Shown: in pieces, positions 51,861 to 60,371 of the stretch | Position numbering within the stretch: position 1 is the stretch's first letter | Layout of the letters: each line of letters starts with the position of its first letter | Virus record (IMG/VR): IMGVR_UViG_3300031992_002114 | Span: 1-64,000 of that record | Direction: 5' to 3' (one strand) | DNA length: 64,000 nt | From: a virus | Taxonomy: Duplodnaviria; Heunggongvirae; Uroviricota; Caudoviricetes | Notes under the pieces: model-generated | Seen by the model: only the letters and a program-made list of their open reading frames with translations | Told to the model about the DNA's origin: nothing | Database searches by the model: none | Made by a program: the position numbers and the translations under genes

Positions 51861-52136
51861 ATGGCTTATAGTAGAATTAATTTTAAAAATGGTGCGGAAG
51901 GTGGAACTCCTTTAAGCGCTGCTAATATGAATCATATAGAAGATGGAATAGTTGAACTTGAAACTAATAAACAAGATAAATTAACTGCGGGAAGTAATAT
52001 TACAATTACTGGAAATACTATTTCTGCAACTGTCCCGCAAGTTCCTAATGAAACAGTTGATTTAACTTTTACTTATAGTGATGGAACGAGTGAAGTAATT
52101 TCTTTTGTAATTGATGATAGTAATGTTGGAGAATAA
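51861..52136 (+). CDS. tail-fibre-associated small protein
   Basis: Listed ORF; RBS AAAGGAGGAAGAG. Confidence 0.5.
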   Translation: MAYSRINFKNGAEGGTPLSAANMNHIEDGIVELETNKQDKLTAGSNITITGNTISATVPQVPNETVDLTFTYSDGTSEVISFVIDDSNVGE

Positions 52137-52138
52137 AA

Positions 52139-52840
52139 ATGACAGCTATTAATTTTACAGATATTCGTTCTATTGGGTTACATAATAAAAGTGTAACTCA
52201 AATTAGTTATACTAATTCAGGTGAAATTATTTGACCTACTCCTTCTCTACCTTCTAATTATACTCGTGGAGATTTTTTACAGCAACACTTATCTGATAAT
52301 AGAGGTGCTCATTTTTCTCTTCCTATTGGTTTAACAGAAGATATTCAATTTGAAATTACTTTAAGTTTTAATACTTTAGGAGAAGAAGAGGAAGAAAAAA
52401 GAAATATTTTAGGTTGTTATGATGATGAAGAAAATGTAGTTTGAGGTTTACAAATTTTAAATAATGAGTTATATTTTAATGAAGAACTTGTTCAAAATTT
52501 TTCTTTGTCAGAAGATACAATTTACAATATAATTATATTAGATAATGAGTTAAGGATTAATGGAAATTTAGTTCATACTTCTTTAATTCATCCTTTTGAA
52601 TGAAATTATTTAGGTTTATATGATTTAATTTTACCAGACCAATCTATTGATATTAATTTTCAACAAGCAGATATAAGTATTTACAAGGTAAGAATAAAAA
52701 ATAATGGTACTTATTCTTACGATTGTGTACCTGTTGAAAATAATAATACTCATTATACCGGTTTATATGATTTAATTGGTCAAAGATCTTTTTATGATAA
52801 TCAAAATCCTACTATATTAACTGTAGGAACAAATTCTTAA
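52139..52840 (+). CDS. hypothetical tail-associated protein (TGA-containing)
   Basis: ATG 52139 open to TAA 52838 through TGAs. Confidence 0.45.
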
Positions 52841-53020
52841 GCTGGTATAAAAAACTTTTTGACAACTTGTCGTAAAATATTGTATAATATATTTACAGAG
52901 TCGGAAAGAGGTTAAACAAAAATGTTTTGATTGAAAAAGAAAAGAAGTTGATAAAAAAAAATAAATGACAAATGAATTAAAAGCATAGTATAATATATTT
53001 AAAGAAATTGATAATTGATA

Positions 53021-53092
53021 ATTCCTCATGGTGTAATTGGCAACACAATGGATTCTGGTTCCATTATTTCACGTTCGAGTCGTGATGAGGAA
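53021..53092 (+). tRNA. tRNA-Gln(CUG)
   Basis: Cloverleaf parsed by hand: acceptor TTCCTCA/TGAGGAA (U1-A72), anticodon loop TTCTGGT, T-loop TTCGAGT. Confidence 0.6.
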
Positions 53093-53095
53093 GCC

Positions 53096-53240
53096 ACGCC
53101 CTTGTGACGGAATTGGCAGACGTAGTGGACTCAAACAAATTTGAGCACTTAGATTTGGAAACTGCTAAGTGAATGCTGGCTAATTCGGTGAAACTCTATT
53201 TAAGTAGACAACGCCGAGCTAAATTTTTAGGGCAGACCCA
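53096..53240 (+). other. tRNA-Leu-like 5' fragment (acceptor + D-arm, similar to the tRNA-Leu at 56042) followed by hairpins; no T-arm found
   Basis: GCCCTTGTGACGGAATTGGCAGACGT vs GGGCTTGTGATGGAATTGGCAGACAT. Confidence 0.35.
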
Positions 53241-53300
53241 TATAATTTAGTCTTCCTAAATTTTATTTATATTGGATAAGTGAGACATGGAAGGATAAAA

Positions 53301-53801
53301 ATGGGTCTAAAAAAATATTCTAAAGAATGGTTAGAAGAGCTTTGTAAAGATAGTTTTTCTTATGCAGAAGTATTAAGAAAAGCAGGTAGAAAACAAGGCG
53401 GCGGTGCTCAAAAAACTTTGAGAGAAAAAATTGAGTTATACAATATTGATATTTCTCATTTTACAGGACAAAATTGGAGAAAAGGAAAAACTAAAAAATC
53501 TGATAGTAGACTTTTACAGCAAGGATTAAATCAAGAAAAATATCTCCTTGAAGAAGTTTTTGTAAAAAATAGTCCTGTTACTCAAAAAGTTTTAAGAGGG
53601 TATATCGAAAGACATTCTGTATTAGAATATAAATGTCAAAATTGTGGATGTAATGGTAATTGGCAAGGTGGAAAAATTGCTCTTGAAGTTCATCATATTA
53701 ATGGTGATAATAAAGACAATAGATTAGAAAATCTACAGTATTTATGTCCAAATTGCCATGCTTTAACTGATACTTATTGTGGCAAAAATAAAAAGTCCTA
53801 A
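53301..53801 (+). CDS. HNH endonuclease
   Basis: CQNCGC...LEVHHINGDNKDNRLENLQYLCPNCH. Confidence 0.7.
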   Translation: MGLKKYSKEWLEELCKDSFSYAEVLRKAGRKQGGGAQKTLREKIELYNIDISHFTGQNWRKGKTKKSDSRLLQQGLNQEKYLLEEVFVKNSPVTQKVLRGYIERHSVLEYKCQNCGCNGNWQGGKIALEVHHINGDNKDNRLENLQYLCPNCHALTDTYCGKNKKS

Positions 53802-53869
53802 AATAAATGTGTAGAGACTATATACCAGCCTCCTAAGTTGAAAAATATGGAGAAGACATAGTCCAGACT

Positions 53870-53960
53870 ACAACTACTTTTAGTAGGCTATGGTGACATA
53901 GTGTAGTAAGAAAATCCACGGGCTTCGGCCGTAAGAGTTCGAATCTCTTCAGGGGCACCA
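53870..53960 (+). other. tRNA-like 3' element (UUCG hairpin, T-arm, acceptor 3' strand, CCA) with no 5' partner found
   Basis: GGGCTTCGGCCG...AAGAGTTCGAATCTCTTCAGGGGCACCA; no upstream 7-mer pairs with CAGGGGC. Confidence 0.35.
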
Positions 53961-53979
53961 AAATGTTAATAATAATTGA

Positions 53980-54003
53980 CGTGATAGTTAAAACAGTTAC
54001 TTC
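53980..54003 (+). promoter_or_regulatory. conserved 23-nt tRNA-flanking element GTGAT(A/T)GT..AAA.AGTTACTTC, copy 1 of 8
   Basis: Other copies at 54223-54245, 54341-54363, 54439-54462, 57923-57945, 58018-58040, 58798-58821, 60347-60369; several end 0-2 nt before a tRNA 5' end or fragment. Confidence 0.5.
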
Positions 54004-54004
54004 T

Positions 54005-54077
54005 CTGAGATTAGCTCAATTGGTAGAGCGTTTGTTTTACGTACAAAATGTAATAGGTTCGAATCCTATATTTTAGA
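54005..54077 (+). tRNA. tRNA-Val(UAC)
   Basis: D-arm GCTCAATTGGTAGAGC; anticodon loop TTTACGT; T-loop TTCGAAT. Confidence 0.6.
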
Positions 54078-54114
54078 TTTTATACCTGTTTTATAGATTT
54101 CCGTCAATTTTAAT

Positions 54115-54210
54115 ACTCCCATAGTGTAATGGTAGCACAGTGGTCTTCAAAACCATAGCAACCTGTGTCCAAAGCAGGCGGTCTCTGTTCGAATCGGAGT
54201 GGGAGTGCCA
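54115..54210 (+). tRNA. UGA-decoding tRNA (anticodon UCA), type II with long extra arm, Ser/Sec-like, discriminator G, CCA encoded
   Basis: Acceptor ACTCCCA/TGGGAGT; 3-bp D-stem; anticodon arm GTGGT-CTTCAAA-ACCAT; extra hairpin CCTGT-GTCCAAA-GCAGG; T-arm CTCTG-TTCGAAT-CGGAG. Confidence 0.65.
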
Positions 54211-54460
54211 TTGTAAATAAAGCGTGATAGTAAGAAAGTTACTTCGCACACAATGCAACAGACTCTTAATCTGTCAATAACACTTTCTTTATTATTTCCG
54301 CTAATATTAAATATTTATTGGTGAGAATAAATATTTAGTAAGATGATTGTAAGAAAGATACTTCAACTCATAAACAGTTACGGCATAGAGCTTTCTTTCT
54401 TAAAAATATCTCTTGCATTAGTTTTATTAATAATTTGACGTGATAGTTGAAATAGTTACT

Positions 54461-54533
54461 TCATATTTAACTCAATGGGTAGAGTAATTATCTTGTAAAT
54501 AATCTGTTATTGGTTCGAATCCAATGGTATGTG
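54461..54533 (+). tRNA. tRNA-Thr(UGU)
   Basis: Anticodon arm ATTAT-CTTGTAA-ATAAT; T-arm ATTGG-TTCGAAT-CCAAT; 1-72 mismatch. Confidence 0.5.
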
Positions 54534-54571
54534 CTTTTCACTATTTCATAAATTTCCGTCAATTTTTTTAT

Positions 54572-54647
54572 GGGACTTTAGCTCAGTTGGTAGAGCAGAG
54601 GACTCTTAATCCTAAGGTCATGGGTTCAAACCCCATAAGTCCCACCA
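54572..54647 (+). tRNA. tRNA-Lys(CUU)
   Basis: Acceptor GGGACTT/AAGTCCC, loop CTCTTAA, CCA encoded. Confidence 0.55.
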
Positions 54648-54651
54648 TTAA

Positions 54652-54724
54652 CGGGATGTAGGGTAATTGGTAACCCCCTGCATTTGGGATGCAGTTATTG
54701 CACGTTCGAGTCGTGTCATCCCGA
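54652..54724 (+). tRNA. tRNA-Pro(UGG)
   Basis: Acceptor CGGGATG/CATCCCG; loop TTTGGGA; T-loop TTCGAGT. Confidence 0.6.
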
Positions 54725-54763
54725 GATTTTATTTATTTATTTAAAATATTCTTAAGAGGAAAA

Positions 54764-55339
54764 ATGGGAGTAAAATTATCACAAGAAGAAGTTATTAGAA
54801 GAATTAAAAAAAATTTTAAGCAAGATGTATCTCTTATTAGTGAATACAAAAATAAAAGAAGTAAAGTTAAATTACATTGTAATGAATGTGGATATGAATG
54901 AGAAGCTTCTGCTCAAACGGTTATTGATAATAATAGTTGTCATGTTTGTCCTAATTGTAATAATATAAAACAAAAATTTCATTGTGCTTATTGTAATAAA
55001 GAAATTTATAGAATTCCTTCTGAGATAAAAAGAAATAAAAGTGGTTATTTTTATTGTTCAAAAACATGTGGAAATTTACATAAAAATTTATTAAGAAAAA
55101 CATCAGGAGAATGAAATAATTCTAAAAATTATAGATTAAAAGCTTTTGAAAAATTAGAGCATTGTTGTGTTTCTTGTGGATGAAATGAAGATGAAAGAAT
55201 ATTAGAAGTTCATCATATAGATGAAAATAGAGATAATAATAATATAGATAATTTATGTATTCTTTGTCCTACATGTCATAGAAAATTAACTTCTCATTAT
55301 TATATATTGACACCCTCTTTTAAAGTAATTTTAAAATAA
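54764..55339 (+). CDS. HNH endonuclease (TGA-containing)
   Basis: CVSCGWNEDERILEVHHIDENRDNNNIDNLCILCPTCH. Confidence 0.6.
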
Positions 55340-55345
55340 TTTAAC

Positions 55346-55424
55346 GGGCTGAGGGACTGCTAGGAGTGGTCACCTGTCCTGCAAACAGGAAAGCAGCTGG
55401 GTTCGAATCCCAGTCGGTCTACCA
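55346..55424 (+). tRNA. tRNA-Ala(UGC) (G3:U70 present; unusual C33)
   Basis: Acceptor GGGCTGA/TCGGTCT; loop CCTGCAA; T-loop TTCGAAT; CCA. Confidence 0.45.
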
Positions 55425-55482
55425 AAAATTTTTTGGACAAAAATGAATAATTTATAGTATAATTTTTATATTAATATTAAAT

Positions 55483-55556
55483 TCTCTTGTAGCTCAAAAG
55501 TAGAGCACACGACTGATAATCGTGAGACGAAGGAGCGTTACCTTCCGAGAGAACCA
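55483..55556 (+). tRNA. tRNA-Ile(GAU) (atypical T-loop AGCGTTA)
   Basis: Acceptor TCTCTTG/CGAGAGA; anticodon arm CACGA-CTGATAA-TCGTG; CCA. Confidence 0.5.
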
Positions 55557-55557
55557 T

Positions 55558-55644
55558 GGGTCAGCTTCCGAGTTGGAGAACGGAGACAGTCTGTAAAACT
55601 GTTGCTTTAATGCTGAGTAGGTTCGAATCCTGCCTGACCCACCA
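55558..55644 (+). tRNA. tRNA-Tyr(GUA), type II
   Basis: Acceptor GGGTCAG/CTGACCC; loop CTGTAAA; long variable arm; T-loop TTCGAAT; CCA. Confidence 0.6.
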
Positions 55645-55654
55645 ACATTAAAAT

Positions 55655-55729
55655 TGGAAGGTAGCTCAATGGTAGAGCCATCGGCTGTTAACCGATCTGT
55701 TGTGGGTTCGAGCCCCACTCTTCCAGCCA
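55655..55729 (+). tRNA. tRNA-Asn(GUU)
   Basis: Anticodon arm ATCGG-CTGTTAA-CCGAT; T-loop TTCGAGC; CCA. Confidence 0.6.
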
Positions 55730-55732
55730 TAT

Positions 55733-55808
55733 GGTTGTATAGCTCAGTAGGTAGAGCAAAGGCCTGAAAAGCCTTGTGTCGTTAGTTCGATTCTAACTAC
55801 AACCACCA
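55733..55808 (+). tRNA. tRNA-Phe(GAA)
   Basis: Acceptor GGTTGTA/TACAACC; loop CTGAAAA; CCA. Confidence 0.65.
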
Positions 55809-55814
55809 AATTAT

Positions 55815-55893
55815 GGGACTGTAGCTTAGCTGGCTTAAAGCGTCGGACTGTCTCTCCGAAGATCGTGGGTTCGAATCCCATCAGTCTCGCCAA
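55815..55893 (+). tRNA. tRNA-Asp(GUC)
   Basis: Anticodon arm TCGGA-CTGTCTC-TCCGA; T-loop TTCGAAT; CCA. Confidence 0.55.
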
Positions 55894-55896
55894 TAT

Positions 55897-55970
55897 GGAG
55901 TCTATAGTATAATGGTTAATTACGATTGGCTGTGGCCCAATAAATGAAAGTTCGATTCTTTCTAGATTCC
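55897..55970 (+). tRNA. tRNA-His(GUG) with G-1:C73
   Basis: Extra 5' G pairing with discriminator C; loop CTGTGGC. Confidence 0.6.
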
Positions 55971-56041
55971 CGGAATGCTTTGTCTAAAACCTTCACGTGG
56001 TGCATTCTGATTTCGACTAATATTAGACAATATATTATAAA

Positions 56042-56125
56042 GGGCTTGTGATGGAATTGGCAGACATGATTGCCTTAGAAGCAATTGCTTTATGCGTGGA
56101 AGTTCGAGTCTTCTCAGGCCCACCA
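56042..56125 (+). tRNA. tRNA-Leu(UAG), type II
   Basis: Acceptor GGGCTTG/CAGGCCC; loop CTTAGAA; long variable arm; T-loop TTCGAGT; CCA. Confidence 0.6.
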
Positions 56126-56145
56126 AAAGAACAAAGGAGACAATA

Positions 56146-56675
56146 TGTCAGAAAAAGTAGGTATTGCTGCACCTTGAATTGATTATGCTCGTAAAGTTCG
56201 TGCTTTATTCGCAAATGATCCAGATGTAATTGTAGAATATGATAATGAAAATATGAAACTTAACTTGCGGGTCAATGGAACAGCAAAAGCAGATGCTCTT
56301 GCTCAACTTCTTCCAACAGAAAAAGAGTTTGGAAATGTAGTTCTTGCAATTAATGTTATTCCCACAAATGGTGGAAAAACATGTGCTAATCTTCTAAAAG
56401 ATGCTTTAATTGGTAACAATGCTTTTTATGATATTATTGATTTTACTAAAGATACTCCGTATCCAGATGTAGTATATGTAGTTTTTGATAATAATGTAGT
56501 TCAATATCCTAATGATAATCTTAGTCATTATGCGGGAGTAGAAACTACACTTTATGCGGATATTGCTAAAGAAGTTTTTGAAAATGTAGATGGTAATGTT
56601 TATTTTAATACTATTTACGATGAAGATAATGATCTTCATTCAGATATTCCTTCTGGAGTTTGGCCTGTAGATTAA
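56146..56675 (+). CDS. hypothetical protein (one TGA near N-terminus)
   Basis: ATG 56146 in frame with ORF 56253..56675. Confidence 0.5.
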
Positions 56676-57488
56676 AAATTTTTTTTGACAGATTGAATTA
56701 AAATATAATATAATATAAATACAGTGAGAGAGAAAAAAAATAGTTAGTTAAGACAGAAAATAATTTTTGACAAGATGATAGAAGATATGTTATAATATTA
56801 ATTGACAAGAGGGGACTTCAAAGAAACCGCGGAAATCTTTGAAGAGTGGTAACCGGCTCTCAGCGGCCTAGGAGACAAATACGGAATCCTAGATAGCGCG
56901 TGCCACGAAAGGAGTCATGACCTTTCTAAACAGCGAGAGATAGAATAACGAGGTGGTCTCTCGGGAAGTGTTACCTAAGTCAATTATTATCTGAGTCTGG
57001 TTTTCCTCAGATATAAAGTTAAAAAAGAAAAGTCCAATGTCTGTTACTCCACAGGCCACAAAAGGAGAAAAGACTTGGCCGTGAGAACGAGTCTATATGA
57101 AAGAACTCTCATATTTGTTTAGTTGGAGATACGGTATCGAAAGCCGTTTATCCCGATTATACTGGGATAATAGTTTAAAAGGTAAAAATATCAACTAACA
57201 AGCGCTTTACTCACATAGAGAGGACAGCTGTGTCGGATCAGTCCAATCAGTCCAATCAGTTGCGCAAGTGGTAGGAAAGGAGGCATCCGAAACTACTGCG
57301 ACATGGATACATAGAAGAGCCTTCACGTGGCGTATCTGTTTTTACTAATCTTCTTAATAGCCGAAGAGACGGCCTTAGCATTTTAGCTAAGAGAATGTAC
57401 CGCGAGAGATCGGACGGGTGAAACGATAACATCCTGAAAACAACATTAGGAAAGTAGACTCGCAACGCTTTCCAATAGGAGAAAAGAT

Positions 57489-57659
57489 ATGAAAAATTTT
57501 TTAGAAAAAGAAATAAAGAAATGTCATAGTAAAACAAGTTATGAAACTAAAGATATTGCTTCGCGGGAAGGGCATTTAATTTTAAATTATAAAGAATTTA
57601 GAGTTTATCAGTGTCCATATTGCGGGCAATGACATATTACTACTGGGTCTGTAGCTTAA
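57489..57659 (+). CDS. questionable small zinc-ribbon ORF overlapping 5' end of tRNA-Met
   Basis: RBS AGGAG; CHSK...CPYCGQW; last 15 nt are tRNA sequence. Confidence 0.25.
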
Positions 57660-57720
57660 TAGGTAGAGCACAAACCTCATAAGTTTGGGGATATCAGTTC
57701 AATTCTGATTGGACCCACCA
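57645..57720 (+). tRNA. tRNA-Met(CAU) (initiator, elongator or Ile2 not resolved)
   Basis: Loop CTCATAA; T-loop TTCAATT; CCA. Confidence 0.55.
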
Positions 57721-57721
57721 A

Positions 57722-57798
57722 GCGGACATAGTTCAAATGGATAGAGCCCAAGTCTTCTAAACTTGTTGTTGAGAGTTCGAATCTCTCTGTCCGCACCA
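57722..57798 (+). tRNA. tRNA-Arg(UCU)
   Basis: Acceptor GCGGACA/TGTCCGC; loop CTTCTAA; CCA. Confidence 0.6.
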
Positions 57799-57799
57799 C

Positions 57800-57873
57800 A
57801 GGGCGTTAGCTCAACGGTAGAGCAATAGTCTCCAAAACTATTGATGAGAGTTCGACACTTTCACGCCCTGCCA
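57800..57873 (+). tRNA. tRNA-Trp(CCA)
   Basis: Acceptor AGGGCGT/ACGCCCT; loop CTCCAAA; discriminator G; CCA. Confidence 0.6.
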
Positions 57874-58941
57874 AAAATTTTTTTTGACAATTTAAATTAA
57901 AATAGGATATAATAATTATAGAGTGATTGAAAGAGTAGTTACTTCTAGGATGAATAATGTAATAGACAATAAAACTATTCTTTTATAATATCCTCTAAAG
58001 TGTGTTATAAAATACAGAGTGATTGGAAAACAGTTACTTCTTATATGATAAAATATAATTTTTAAAAGTTTAGCTAAGACTATTTAATTTAGCTCCATTT
58101 CAATACTGTTTTCAATATTTCCTCTTATAGCTCTTTGAAAGAAGAATATCAAGGACTTTATGAAGCATGTGCATTCGCAATAACATGCGGTCATGCGGGC
58201 CAGTCAAAAGAGTAGACTTTCATGGGATACTTTGAAAGAAAGCTTTATTATTTTAGGTAACTAAAATAATAGAAGAGATAAAAGTCTCAACTAAAATCTG
58301 GTTAGCATTTAATTATTTTGCTATTAAAAGGTAATGTCTTGTCGCTTTCATAATAGGCGCTTCCAGCGGAAGTTTGAATCCTATAAGTCTATAAGCTGGT
58401 AACTTATAGATACTGTAGGAAATACCAAATAAGAAAGTTTCTAGTTGCGGGAAAGTGATTTCCTTATAAGACAAGTTCAATGTGCGAGTAGCCCTAATCT
58501 AGAATGATAAACGTGAGCCTGCGTTAATGGTTATGATTCTGAAGATTATAATAATTAACTTACTGAATGTTGGGTGAAAGTTAAAGGTAATCAATCCTTT
58601 TATAGAGGTGGTATTAAAGTGATGCGGTAGGCAGAATGAAAAACTCACCTGTGGGTTGGACAGCTTTAATTAACTGGGGTAAAAAGTTATAGGCTCGCTA
58701 CCTATAGCTCAGTTTTATCTCCTATATGACTGAATATTAAAACAAAATAATTAAGTAGAACGAAGGTTCCATAAAATCTTTGATATTCTTCTTTTAAGGT
58801 GATTGTAGAAAAAGTTACTTCCCATCAATATGTTACAAGTTCGATTCTTGTTTTTGCCGCTATTTTGGCAGAATAACTCAATTGGTAGAGTGATTGATTT
58901 TTTACTTTTTCTTTTATTTCCCTTAAAGGAGGGTTTTGAAA

Positions 58942-59157
58942 ATGACTTCACTTCATGATAAATTTTTAGAAGAAACTGATTTTTGTAAAACTTGCGGAAG
59001 TCAACGTTGTGATTGTAGTCCTGAGTGGATTGAAGGCTGTCAACATTTTCAAAAATTTAGTATTGATTATGGTGTTAAAATCTTAAGAAGGATTAAACAT
59101 AAGGAAAGGACAACCAACGGAGAGTTGGACTCGCCTGCTAAGCGAAGTGCTCTTTAA
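58942..59157 (+). CDS. small Cys-rich protein
   Basis: RBS AAAGGAGGG; ATG 58942. Confidence 0.45.
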   Translation: MTSLHDKFLEETDFCKTCGSQRCDCSPEWIEGCQHFQKFSIDYGVKILRRIKHKERTTNGELDSPAKRSAL

Positions 59158-59196
59158 ATAAAAAGAGTTGGGAGCGTAACCCAGTCTTTCCGCCAC

Positions 59197-59288
59197 CGAG
59201 AGTTGGTAGAATTGGTGAATACACTTGCTTGGAAAGCAAGCGGGCATTGTAAAATGTCCTCTGAGTTCGAATCTCAGGCTCTCGGCCA
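59197..59288 (+). tRNA. tRNA-Ser(GGA), type II
   Basis: 3-bp D-stem; loop TTGGAAA; 6-bp extra arm; discriminator G; CCA. Confidence 0.6.
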
Positions 59289-59290
59289 AT

Positions 59291-59377
59291 GGAGTAATGG
59301 CAGAATGGCAATTGCAGCAGTTTCGAAAACTGTAAAACGGAAACGTTTTGGGAGTTCGAATCTCTCTTACTCCTCCA
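59291..59377 (+). tRNA. tRNA-Ser(CGA), type II
   Basis: Acceptor GGAGTAA/TTACTCC; loop TTCGAAA; extra arm AAAACG-GAA-CGTTTT; CCA. Confidence 0.55.
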
Positions 59378-59382
59378 ATATA

Positions 59383-59457
59383 GAGCCGTTGACAGAGCAG
59401 TTTATGTAGCGGCCTGCAAAGCCGTTTAGGTTGGTGCGACTCCAACACGGTTCTCCA
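59383..59457 (+). tRNA. tRNA-Cys(GCA)
   Basis: Acceptor GAGCCGT/ACGGTTC; loop CTGCAAA; T-loop TGCGACT; CCA. Confidence 0.5.
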
Positions 59458-59466
59458 AAATATTAT

Positions 59467-59540
59467 GCGGTTGTGGTGTAATGGTAACACACGAGCCTTC
59501 CAAGCTTTTGATGAGAGTTCGATTCTCTTCAGCCGCTCCA
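59467..59540 (+). tRNA. tRNA-Gly(UCC)
   Basis: Acceptor GCGGTTG/CAGCCGC; loop CTTCCAA; CCA. Confidence 0.55.
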
Positions 59541-59542
59541 AT

Positions 59543-59618
59543 GGCGCCATCTTCTAATTGGTCAGGATAGGGGACTCTCAATCCCCCGATGCGAGTTCGA
59601 TCCTCGCTGGCGCTACCA
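59543..59618 (+). tRNA. tRNA-Glu(CUC)
   Basis: Anticodon arm GGGGA-CTCTCAA-TCCCC; T-loop TTCGATC; CCA. Confidence 0.55.
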
Positions 59619-59623
59619 ATACT

Positions 59624-59699
59624 GCGGCGGGGTGAAACGGTTTCCACGCCGGTCTCATAAGCCGGAGACAGTACGTTCGACTCGTACCGCTCGCAACCA
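59624..59699 (+). tRNA. irregular tRNA-like element with CAU anticodon arm (aberrant D region, imperfect acceptor)
   Basis: CCGGT-CTCATAA-GCCGG; T-arm GTACG-TTCGACT-CGTAC; 3' ...CGCTCGCAACCA; D region is a tight hairpin GTGAAACGGTTTCCAC. Confidence 0.35.
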
Positions 59700-59714
59700 A
59701 TGAAAGGATGATTC

Positions 59715-60164
59715 ATGTCACATAAATATTTAAACGATATTGGGATAAAATCAAATGACGTTTGTATTTTTAACACTGAATCTATAGATAAAGATAAAAA
59801 TAGACAGAAACGCTTTAAAAAACAGCGTAAAGAATACGGCTTTGATGAGCGTGAAACATGGTCAATGGATTATACAATAGCTACTTGGCTTTATTCTCAC
59901 TTTAAAGGATATAAAAAGTATGCTTCAAAAATTATTGATTTAACTTATCATAAATTTGATATTCCTAGATGGGATAAAGAAAATAATATAATTTCTGATG
60001 AATTAATTGAAGTTAATCAAAAAGAAGCTATTGATATTGTTATTAAAAATATTAAATTCTATTTAAAGTATAGTGATGATTTAAATAAAGGTGATATAGC
60101 TATTAAAAAATTTGAATATGCTTTTAGAATTATAGGTATTATTGCACCTGCAATGTGGTGGTAA
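59715..60164 (+). CDS. hypothetical protein
   Basis: Listed ORF. Confidence 0.5.
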   Translation: MSHKYLNDIGIKSNDVCIFNTESIDKDKNRQKRFKKQRKEYGFDERETWSMDYTIATWLYSHFKGYKKYASKIIDLTYHKFDIPRWDKENNIISDELIEVNQKEAIDIVIKNIKFYLKYSDDLNKGDIAIKKFEYAFRIIGIIAPAMWW

Positions 60165-60358
60165 TAATGAATAGTATTAAAATTTTTAGTATTAAGGATG
60201 TTATTTTTATTGTAAAATTAATGTTACAAAATTTTAATATTACTATTCCCGCACAATATTTACCAATTATTGAAAATGATATTAAAGATTATGCTTTACA
60301 AGTTTATATTAAGAAAATAAAAGAAGATGATAGTCTTTCTACAAACGTGATGGTTTAA
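60155..60358 (+). CDS. hypothetical small protein
   Basis: Listed ORF. Confidence 0.4.
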   Translation: MVVIMNSIKIFSIKDVIFIVKLMLQNFNITIPAQYLPIIENDIKDYALQVYIKKIKEDDSLSTNVMV

Positions 60359-60371
60359 ATAGTTACTTCAT

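Noticed and set aside
54115-54210. Selenocysteine insertion as the sole role of the UCA tRNA
   Set aside because: In-frame TGAs are far too frequent (several per gene, in unrelated proteins) and lack any SECIS-like context; wholesale reassignment fits better. A Sec-derived origin of the tRNA is not excluded.
55494-55730. Minus-strand ORF (78 aa, ...GLEPTT...GGSGRIRTY...)
   Set aside because: Antisense translation of plus-strand tRNA genes (Ile, Tyr, Asn); a typical tRNA-shadow artefact.
56800-57480. RNase P RNA or tmRNA interpretation of the GC-rich non-coding region
   Set aside because: Only short partial matches (GAAAAGTCC, GGGTGAAAC); order and spacing of conserved P4 and other elements do not fit; no tmRNA tag ORF or 5' GGGG/3' acceptor pairing. 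Left as an unclassified structured-RNA candidate.
57256-57537. Minus-strand ORF 57256..57537 (93 aa)
   Set aside because: Lies inside the GC-rich non-coding region, no RBS, runs into the start of the small plus-strand ORF; likely a chance ORF in GC-rich sequence.
58440-58470. Group I intron call based on TTGCGGGAAAG (P-element-like)
   Set aside because: This sequence is an instance of the genome-wide over-represented KTGCGGGAA motif; no convincing Q/R/S partner elements were found.
59083-59776. Minus-strand ORFs 59083..59550 and 59426..59776
   Set aside because: Antisense to the Ser/Ser/Cys/Gly/Glu tRNA cluster; peptides contain tRNA-shadow motifs (GIRTPK, GYAPNSF).
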